Source of the DNA: an uncultured Candidatus Binatia bacterium
GTDB taxonomy: Bacteria > Desulfobacterota > Binatia > UBA9968 > JAJDTQ01
Direction of reading: 5' to 3'
NCBI GenBank assembly: GCA_958295985.1
Contig: OY282432.1
Location: 1,827,282-1,859,281 of the forward strand
DNA length: 32,000 nt
The position numbers were made by a program, and so were the translations under genes. How positions within the stretch are numbered: the stretch's first letter is position 1; every line of letters begins with the position of its first letter. This document shows positions 25,746 through 32,000 of this stretch, piece by piece. The notes under the pieces were generated by a model that was not told the DNA's origin, made no database searches, and was given only the letters and a program-made list of their open reading frames with translations.

Positions 25746-25784
25746 TTACCCATTTGTGTCCAGAACGACACGCTTAACTTTCAT
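25746..25784 (-). pseudogene. vapC (PIN) toxin remnant: 12 codons MKVKRVVLDTNG then TAA
   Basis: ATG at 25784 overlaps the antitoxin 3' end by 11 nt, which is classic TA operon geometry. It encodes the PIN N-terminal VVLDTN motif and then stops. Confidence 0.5.
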
Positions 25785-26025
25785 CAGCCAGAAGCGCTTC
25801 GAGCTTGGCGTCCGTCAGGCCCTTCGCCGATGCTTCCCTGCCCAAGGCGTCCATCGTCGCCGTCAAGCGCTCCCAAGCGGCGCCGCGAAGCCGTTCATAA
25901 TGTTGTGCCGACAACACCACGCTGACCGCCCTGCCGTTCTTGGTCACACGCACGGGTGCGCTCTGAGCGGCGTCGAGCAAACGACCGAAGTGGTTCTTGG
26001 CATCCTTGGCAGCGATCTCTTTCAT
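25774..26025 (-). CDS. Phd/YefM-family type II antitoxin
   Basis: Trimmed to the ATG at 26025. MKEIAAKDAKNHFGRLLDAAQSAPVRVTKNGRAVSVVLSAQHYERL is the canonical Phd/YefM N-domain. Confidence 0.8.
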   Translation of the reverse strand: MKEIAAKDAKNHFGRLLDAAQSAPVRVTKNGRAVSVVLSAQHYERLRGAAWERLTATMDALGREASAKGLTDAKLEALLADES

Positions 26026-26245
26026 AAGGGCCCTAATAGCTAAAATAGCTTCACCTGACAACCAGCAGGAAACACATCGTTCAGGACGATCTTTGCCGAA
26101 GGTCTTCGGCTCCATGATCATCTTCCCATTATGGAGGACTCAGTCGCCTTTTGTGCTCACTTGGCGTTGGATTCGATCCCTCCCTTCAGGCCCACTTCTC
26201 GTTGAACAACAACGCTGACCCGTGCAAACGTTTCAATCGGCTGCT

Positions 26246-27457
26246 ATGCTGCGCGGCATGGCCGACAACCCCAGATGGATCCAGCCGGGACCTCGGCTGC
26301 TCGGCAGCCATGGCGGAGACACCGCCGGACCGCTGGTGATCGGCATCGGCGGGATCCATGGCAACGAGCCCGCGGGCGTGCGGGCCTTGCAACAGGCGTT
26401 GGAGGCCCTGCGGTGCTCCAACGCGCCTTTTCGCGGCAGGTTCGTCGGCCTGGCCGGCAACCGGGCGGCCTTGGCGCGCGGTCGGCGGTACATCCATGAG
26501 GATCTCAACCGGCTGTGGTTCCCCGAACGCATCCAGCGGCTGAGGGACGGCCACGGATCCGTCGATGCGACCTCCGAGGAAGCGGAGCAGCGCGAGCTGT
26601 TGGCGGCGCTGGACACCCAACTGGCGCAGCGCAACGGCCCGGTGGTCTGCCTCGACCTGCATACCACCTCCGCCGCAGGCAGCCCGTTCGTGGTCATCGG
26701 CGACACCCTCCTCAACCGGCGTTTTGCCTTCGGTCTCCGCGCCCCGGTAGTCCTCGGCCTGGAAGAGCGGCTGGAGAGCACCATCCTGAACTATCTGGGG
26801 GAGCGGGGATACGTCGCGGTGGGCTTCGAAGGCGGACAACACGATTCGCCTTCAGCGGTCACGATCCACATGGCGGCCATCCGCAGCGTTCTGGCAACCG
26901 CCGGTTGCATCCGGGCGAAGGACTTTCCGGCGCCGCACGGCGGCCGTGATGGGTCCGCGGCAGAGGCGACGGAGGGCCGGGCGGCGCCGGTGGTGGTGGA
27001 AATCCGTGATCATCACGTGATCCGGGAAGGCGACGACTTCGTCATGGAGCCCGGCTTCACGAACTTCCAGCCGGTGGAGCGCGGACAGCTCCTCGCCCGG
27101 GACCGCGGTGGACCGGTTCTTGCCCGCGAGTCCGGACAGATCCTGATGCCGCTCTACCAGGGACAGGGAAGGGACGGGTTCTTCCTGGTGCGGCGGGTAC
27201 GACCGTTCTGGCTGCGCGTGGCCGAGAGGCTGCGCCGTCTGCGGTTCGAGCGCTTCCTGCCGGTCCTGCCGGGGGTGCGCCGGTATGCGGACCATCCTGC
27301 GACCCTGGTGGTGGACCCGCGTATCGCGCGCTGGTTCGTCGTGGAGCTGTTCCACTTGTTGGGTTTCCGGAAGAGACGCTCCCGGGAAGGCAAGCTGATC
27401 GTCAGCCGGCGCTGGCACGAGCCCTGCGTATTCGAGAAGCTGGAACCCGAAGCGTAG
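26246..27457 (+). CDS. succinylglutamate desuccinylase/aspartoacylase (AstE/AspA, M14-like) family protein
   Basis: The Zn-site motif IGGIHGNEPAG is present, followed by DLNR and LDLHTTS. The start is uncertain (GTG 26222, ATG 26246 or ATG 26258; none has a clear RBS). Confidence 0.8.
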   Translation: MLRGMADNPRWIQPGPRLLGSHGGDTAGPLVIGIGGIHGNEPAGVRALQQALEALRCSNAPFRGRFVGLAGNRAALARGRRYIHEDLNRLWFPERIQRLRDGHGSVDATSEEAEQRELLAALDTQLAQRNGPVVCLDLHTTSAAGSPFVVIGDTLLNRRFAFGLRAPVVLGLEERLESTILNYLGERGYVAVGFEGGQHDSPSAVTIHMAAIRSVLATAGCIRAKDFPAPHGGRDGSAAEATEGRAAPVVVEIRDHHVIREGDDFVMEPGFTNFQPVERGQLLARDRGGPVLARESGQILMPLYQGQGRDGFFLVRRVRPFWLRVAERLRRLRFERFLPVLPGVRRYADHPATLVVDPRIARWFVVELFHLLGFRKRRSREGKLIVSRRWHEPCVFEKLEPEA

Positions 27458-27529
27458 GTAAGGGTGCGCGCATGGCCGTCGATGGCGGCTACGCGGCAAC
27501 GCGAAAGAAAAGTCGAGGAGGATTCACCC

Positions 27530-29050
27530 GTGAGAAGGGCGGCGAACTGGCTCTCCCCCGTGTTGGCCGGCATGGCGCTGGCTGCGGCCCTGCTTGCCGC
27601 AGGCAGCGGTTTCGCCAAACCGGTCGAGCTCACCATCGTTCACTTCAATGATCTGGACCGCATGGAGGAAAGCGGCGGCCAGGGCGGTATCGCCCGCCTG
27701 GCCGCGGTGGTCCGGGCTGAACGGGCGCGCAGCTCCAACGTCCTCGTGACCTTCGCCGGCGACGCCATCTCGCCCTCGCTGATGTCCAGCATCGACAAGG
27801 GCGCCCACATGATCGACCTGCTGAACGGAATCGGACTGACGGCCATGGCCATCGGCAATCACGAGTACGATTTCGGCCCGGACGTGGCCAGGCGGCGTTT
27901 CTCCGAAGCGAACTTCCCGATCCTCGGCGCCAACAACATCGATACCGACGGGGAGATCATCGACGGCGCCGAAGCGTCGGTCATGGTCGATGCCGGGCGG
28001 TTCAAGGTCGGGATCTTCGGTCTCACGACCCCTGGCGCCGCGGTCAAGTCGAGTCCCCGGGGGGTCACCTTCAGTCCGGTCCTGGAAGTGGCTGCGGCCC
28101 AGGCCGCCAAGTTGCGCGCGGCCGGCGCACACCTGGTTATCGCGCTGGCCCATACCGACATGGCCGAAGACGGCGCGTTGCTGAAACAACGAGCGGTGGA
28201 CGTGTTGCTCAGCGGCGACGACCACCGGCTGAGGCTGGACTACGACGGCGCCGTCCTGTTCGCCGAATCAGGTCAGCAGGCAGACTGGGTCACGGTGATC
28301 GAGCTCACCCTTGACGAGGTCGAGTCCCGGGGCAAGAGGCGCTTCGTGTGGAGCCCGGCTTTCCGCGCGGTCCATACCGCCCGCGTCAGCCCGGATCCCG
28401 AACTTGCCGCAGCCGTCCAGGTCTACCGCGACAAGCTGTCGCGGGACCTCGACCTCGAGATCGGCAGGACCACCACCGAGCTCGACAGCCGCCGGGCGAC
28501 GGTTCGTGCGCGGGAGGCCGCCATCGGCAATCTCATCGCCGATGCCATGCGCCTCGCCGTCAACGCGGATGTCGCCCTGACCAACAGCGGCGGCATCCGC
28601 GCCGACAAGGTCTATCCGCCCGGCACGAGGCTGACGCGGCGCGACATCCTGAACGAGCTGCCGTTCGGCGACAAGACCGTCCTTCTCGAGTTGACCGGAC
28701 GCGAGCTTCGCGCCGCACTCGAGAACGGATTCAGTCAGATCGAGAAGACATCCGGCCGCTTCCCCCAGGTCTCGGGGATCGAGGTGGTGTTCGATCCCGC
28801 CAGGCCGGCCGGCGGTCGCGTGGTCGAGGTCAGGCACGGCGGCGCGGCGCTCGACCCGGACGCCACCTACCGGCTGGCCACCAACGACTTCCTGGGTAGC
28901 GGCGGCGACGGATACAGTGTCCTTGCCGGCAAGAAACTCCTGATCGATGCCGATGCAGGCACGTTGACGGCGGCCCAGGTCATGGAGCACATTGCTGCGC
29001 GCGGCGTCATCGCGCCGCGCCCGCAAGGCCGTTTGCGCACCGTCGATTAG
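27530..29050 (+). CDS. secreted bifunctional metallophosphatase/5'-nucleotidase (UshA-like)
   Basis: Trimmed to the GTG at 27530 with GAGGAGGA 7 nt upstream. Signal peptide ..AAALLAAGSGFA. Motifs VHFNDLD, GDAISPS and GNHEYDFG are present, plus the C-terminal 5'-nucleotidase motif TNDFLGSGGDGY. Confidence 0.9.
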   Translation: MRRAANWLSPVLAGMALAAALLAAGSGFAKPVELTIVHFNDLDRMEESGGQGGIARLAAVVRAERARSSNVLVTFAGDAISPSLMSSIDKGAHMIDLLNGIGLTAMAIGNHEYDFGPDVARRRFSEANFPILGANNIDTDGEIIDGAEASVMVDAGRFKVGIFGLTTPGAAVKSSPRGVTFSPVLEVAAAQAAKLRAAGAHLVIALAHTDMAEDGALLKQRAVDVLLSGDDHRLRLDYDGAVLFAESGQQADWVTVIELTLDEVESRGKRRFVWSPAFRAVHTARVSPDPELAAAVQVYRDKLSRDLDLEIGRTTTELDSRRATVRAREAAIGNLIADAMRLAVNADVALTNSGGIRADKVYPPGTRLTRRDILNELPFGDKTVLLELTGRELRAALENGFSQIEKTSGRFPQVSGIEVVFDPARPAGGRVVEVRHGGAALDPDATYRLATNDFLGSGGDGYSVLAGKKLLIDADAGTLTAAQVMEHIAARGVIAPRPQGRLRTVD

Positions 29051-29147
29051 CTCGCCGTCCGGACGTCTTCAGTCAATGCGGCAAGGCCGTATTGTGGCTG
29101 CAGGGTCTTTCCAACGTCCCGCCAAACCCGTCATTCCGAGCGGCGCC

Positions 29148-29215
29148 TGTCATTCTAAGCGGAGCGAAGAGCCTCAGCTACGGCGGGGGGACCCTTCGCT
29201 CCGCTCAGGGTGACA
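29148..29215. repeat. REP-like extragenic palindrome (22-nt arms) downstream of the nucleotidase gene; possible terminator/mRNA stabiliser
   Basis: tgtcattctaagcggagcgaag (29148-29169) pairs with cttcgctccgctcagggtgaca (29194-29215): 19 Watson-Crick pairs, 2 G-U pairs and 1 mismatch. An extra half-site gtcattccgagcgg lies at 29130-29143. Confidence 0.7.
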
Positions 29216-29294
29216 AATGGAAAGGCCCTGATTTTTTGGCTGACAGGCGCTTGAAGCGTGAAGGGAAATCGAATAGGTAGGAGGTCCGGCTTGG

Positions 29295-31175
29295 TTGCGA
29301 CCCTCGCAACGGGCCAGGAAGGACGCCGTGAAGTACTGGAAATCAGCAACCATCGCAGCGGTCGTGACGTTGGTGTCAGGGGCGAATTACTGGCTCATGG
29401 CCGGGACCTGGAGCCCGCAAGCGCCGACAGAAGTCAAGACTGCTTTGCTGCGGACGCCCGGCAACGAGGTGCGCCGAGAGGCGAACCTGCCGAACATCTT
29501 GTCCAGGAGGGATGCGGCCTTCTACCGGAGCGTGTTCACGCTGCAGAAGGAAGGCCGCTGGAACAACGCCGACTCCTTGATCGGGCGGATCAACGATCCC
29601 CTGCTCATGGGTCACGTGCGGTTTCAGCGCTACATGCACCCCACCAAGTACCGCTCGTCGTACCATGAGCTGAGAGCGTGGATGGAGGACTATGCCGACC
29701 ATCCGGGCGCCCGGAGAATCTACAAACTGGCCAAGCGGCGTCAACCCAAGGGCTGGAAACCGCCGCGACATCCGGCGCGGGCCGTGCTCGTGTCCGAGGT
29801 CGAAACCGACCCGTTTCCGGTGGTGTCGCGGCCGCATCCGAACGGCCGCCGAACGGCCGCCGGGAGTTCGCGTACGGAGCGGCCCGAGGTCAGGGAGATC
29901 CAGCGCCGGATCCGGACCTGGGTGGCATCCGGCCACGTGACAAGGTCGTACCGGTTCCTGGACCAACCGCACCACGTCCGTTTGATGGGCGCCGTGAGCT
30001 TCGACGAGAGCCTGACCCGGATCGCCGCGGGATATTTCTTCTGGAACGAGGATCGCAAGGCGCTGAAAACGGCAAGCCGCGCGGTGGCGCGCTCGGGCCA
30101 TCGGGTCCCATTGGGCTATTGGTGGGGCGGTTTGGCGGCGTGGCGCCTGGGCGAGTACCATGAGGCGGCACGGCGTTTCCGGGCGCTGGCCGAGTCGAAA
30201 TCGGCGACACCCTGGCTGGTATCGGCCGGCGCCTATTGGGCGAGTCGCGCCTATCGGGCGAGCGACAAGCCGCAACGGGTCGAACCCATGTTGCGCGTGG
30301 CTTCCCGGTATCCGCGTACGTTTTACGGGCTGTTGGCGATCACCGCCCTGGGCCGGCGGCCGCCGCTCGATTTCGGGTTGCGCCGGCTCAGCGCCGTGGA
30401 TATCGAGATTCTCCTGCGCATGCAGCCGGTACGCCGGGCACTGGCCTTGATCCAGGTGGGCGAGCACGTGCGGGCGGGATCCGAGTTGCGCCGGTTCGCC
30501 CACCGTCTCTCGCCCCGGCTGGCGCAGGTCATGCTGGTGCTGGCCTCCGAGTCGGGGTTGGCCGATCTGTCTTACAGTACCGCGGAGAGTTTGCGGCAGC
30601 GGACAGGCGTGCCCGTGGACGCCGCTCTCTATCCGTTGCCGGTATGGGAGCCCGACGGCGGGTACATCATCGACCGCGCGTTTCTGTTTGCCGTGATGCG
30701 GCAGGAATCGAATTTTCGGGCCGGCGCCAAGAGCCCGCGCGGGGCCCGCGGTCTGATGCAGCTCATGCCCGGGACCGCCAGCGAAATGGCCGGCCAGCGC
30801 TATCGCGGGGCGGGCCGTCAGGAATTGCTGGACCCGGTGCTCAACGTGACCCTCGGCCAGAAATATCTTCAGCACCTGCTGTCGCAAGATGGGATCGACG
30901 GCAACCTGTTCTACGCGCTGTCCGCCTACAACAGCGGCCCCGGAAGGCTCAGGAAATGGCGGCGCGAGGTCGACTATCGAGGCGATCCGCTGCTGTTCAT
31001 CGAAAGCATCCCGGTCAGGGAAACGCGGATCTTCATCGAGCGGGTCCTGACCAATCTGTGGATCTATCGCGCCCGGCTCGGACAGCCGGCGCGCTCGCTG
31101 GAAACCATCGTGTCGGGCGGCTGGCCCAGCTATGTCCCCCTCGACCGCAGGCGGGCCGCTTCGGGGATTTATTGA
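29295..31175 (+). CDS. Slt70-like soluble lytic murein transglycosylase
   Basis: The SLT catalytic region is MRQESNFRAGAKSPRGARGLMQLMPGTA...YALSAYNSGPGRLRKW. An N-terminal signal/anchor is present. The start is either TTG 29295 (TAGGAGG 12 nt upstream) or GTG 29328 (AGGAAGGA 4 nt upstream). Confidence 0.9.
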   Translation: MRPSQRARKDAVKYWKSATIAAVVTLVSGANYWLMAGTWSPQAPTEVKTALLRTPGNEVRREANLPNILSRRDAAFYRSVFTLQKEGRWNNADSLIGRINDPLLMGHVRFQRYMHPTKYRSSYHELRAWMEDYADHPGARRIYKLAKRRQPKGWKPPRHPARAVLVSEVETDPFPVVSRPHPNGRRTAAGSSRTERPEVREIQRRIRTWVASGHVTRSYRFLDQPHHVRLMGAVSFDESLTRIAAGYFFWNEDRKALKTASRAVARSGHRVPLGYWWGGLAAWRLGEYHEAARRFRALAESKSATPWLVSAGAYWASRAYRASDKPQRVEPMLRVASRYPRTFYGLLAITALGRRPPLDFGLRRLSAVDIEILLRMQPVRRALALIQVGEHVRAGSELRRFAHRLSPRLAQVMLVLASESGLADLSYSTAESLRQRTGVPVDAALYPLPVWEPDGGYIIDRAFLFAVMRQESNFRAGAKSPRGARGLMQLMPGTASEMAGQRYRGAGRQELLDPVLNVTLGQKYLQHLLSQDGIDGNLFYALSAYNSGPGRLRKWRREVDYRGDPLLFIESIPVRETRIFIERVLTNLWIYRARLGQPARSLETIVSGGWPSYVPLDRRRAASGIY

Positions 31176-31213
31176 GATCGTCCATCCGAGGATCTATCAG
31201 GGAGGAGACCAAG

Positions 31214-32000
31214 ATGAAGACGCACCTGCCAATCCACAGGATCGTGTTACTCGCTGCGATCACCGTATTCCTCGGCAGCTCGGGGGCGGGAGCGGCGGAC
31301 TTCTACGCCGGCAAGACCCTCACCATCGTCTGTCCCTACTCCACGGGCGGTACGTACGACCGCATGTCGCGGCTCGCCGCGAAGTATCTGCCCCGACATA
31401 TTCCGGGCAACCCGGCCGCCATCGTGCACAACCGCCCCGGCGCCGGCGGTGTTATCGGGCTGCGGTCGGTTTACCGCGCCAAGCCGGACGGCCTGTCGCT
31501 CATACATTTCACCAGTCCCATGGTGGTCCGGAGCCTCACCGGGGGAATCGAGGATATCGACTTCAACAAGTTGACATGGCTCGGCAGCGTCGGCGGCGCG
31601 CATTACATATTCGCGTTGCGGTCCGAACGGCCCGAGCGTACCCTTGAAGCCTTCAAGAACACGAAGAACCCCATCCGCGTCTCCGCGTCGGGACCCAGCT
31701 CGCTGCTGACGCAGGCGGCGAAGTTCCTGCAACGAGCCGGCAAGTTCAACATCCGGCTGGTGTCGGGCTACAAGGGGTACAACCCCATGGCGCTGGCGCT
31801 CAAGCAGAACGAGGTGGACGGCGTGACCACGGCGGGGGCGGCGGTGGCGGTCAATACGGCGACCCGCGAGATGCACGCGGACGGCACCGTCAAGCTGGTG
31901 CTGTCCATGGGCGGCGCTCCGCCTCCCGCGCACCTGAAGGCGGAGGTCGCGGCGCTCCCGAAGTTCGTGGACGGTATCGACGATCCCAAGGACCGCAACG
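31214..32000 (+). CDS. second TctC/Bug-family substrate-binding protein (3'-partial, runs off the window)
   Basis: Not in the ORF track because no stop falls within the window. ATG at 31214 with GGAGGAG 6 nt upstream. The frame is open to 32000 on hand translation. Signal peptide ..GSSGAGAA. TIVCPYSTGGTYDRMSRLAAKYL...HNRPGAGG...AKPDGLSL is present. Confidence 0.85.
   Translation, partial: MKTHLPIHRIVLLAAITVFLGSSGAGAADFYAGKTLTIVCPYSTGGTYDRMSRLAAKYLPRHIPGNPAAIVHNRPGAGGVIGLRSVYRAKPDGLSLIHFTSPMVVRSLTGGIEDIDFNKLTWLGSVGGAHYIFALRSERPERTLEAFKNTKNPIRVSASGPSSLLTQAAKFLQRAGKFNIRLVSGYKGYNPMALALKQNEVDGVTTAGAAVAVNTATREMHADGTVKLVLSMGGAPPPAHLKAEVAALPKFVDGIDDPKDRN

Noticed and set aside
22990-25784. The 137-aa PIN gene might simply be the 3' part of the truncated vapC, split by the islet with a target duplication covering LDTN.
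   Set aside because: The two LDTN-encoding stretches differ at the nucleotide level (ctggacacaaat versus ttggacaccaac). Removing the islet still leaves about 250 nt and a stop between them, so this is not a simple split.
25732-26043. A 103-aa plus-strand ORF with an AAAGGAGAG-like sequence 10 nt upstream of its GTG.
   Set aside because: It lies entirely antisense to the well-supported Phd/YefM antitoxin. The translation is R/L/H-rich with no family resemblance.
26169-26179. The T-loop-like strings ggattcgatcc (26169-26179) and tcgaatcc (6882-6889) might be tRNA genes or tRNA 3' ends serving as island att sites.
   Set aside because: No complementary T-stem, acceptor stem or anticodon arm can be drawn around either string.
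29258-29668. A 136-aa ORF starting near the TAGGAGG at 29276.
   Set aside because: It is out of frame within the 5' part of the Slt-like gene. The translation is compositionally off-frame (R/G/E-rich), whereas the overlapping frame continues into an unmistakable SLT domain.
1-32000. Scan for CRISPR arrays, rRNA, reverse transcriptase/retron or DGR components, and long tandem repeats.
   Set aside because: None were seen. The only repeats found are those listed as features.

Overview
High-GC bacterial chromosomal window with Shine-Dalgarno-type RBSs. The high GC content produces many long antisense shadow ORFs in the supplied track. About 27 credible CDS are supported. All product calls rest on family motifs I recognise in the translations; no homology search was possible.

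Layout:
(1) 29-6759: a tightly packed minus-strand operon of FdrA-like, DUF1116/YlbE-like, cyanuric-acid-amidohydrolase/barbiturase-family ring-opening amidohydrolase and an LVIVD beta-propeller protein. An AtzC/cytosine-deaminase-like metallo-amidohydrolase is transcribed divergently. This is the best candidate for an undescribed system: N-heterocycle ring opening coupled to carbamoyl transfer.
(2) 7011-7171: a 161-bp MITE-like element with 30-bp terminal inverted repeats.
(3) 7443-13687: topoisomerase III with a triplicated Zn-ribbon/C-terminal repeat tail, flanked by two paralogous alpha/beta hydrolases, followed by an MFS transporter.
(4) 13877-15885: a low-GC accessory string of decayed hicA, hicB, KTSC and an AlbA_2(Schlafen-like)/HATPase_c_4 protein.
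(5) 16143-22492: TctC, then convergent TctA-TctB, an EamA transporter, a ChrR-type bicupin and a 2-hydroxyacid dehydrogenase.
(6) 22599-26025: a degraded integrative island bounded by 22-bp direct repeats. It holds an integrase N-terminal fragment, a UDG-superfamily-like gene, a frameshifted phytochelatin-synthase-like pseudogene and an IS3 transposase scrap. An orphan PIN toxin lies on one side; a Phd/YefM antitoxin with a vapC cut after 12 codons lies on the other.
(7) 26246-32000: AstE/AspA-family deacylase, secreted 5'-nucleotidase, a REP-like hairpin, an Slt-type lytic transglycosylase and a second (partial) TctC-like binding protein.

No rRNA, tRNA or CRISPR array was found.
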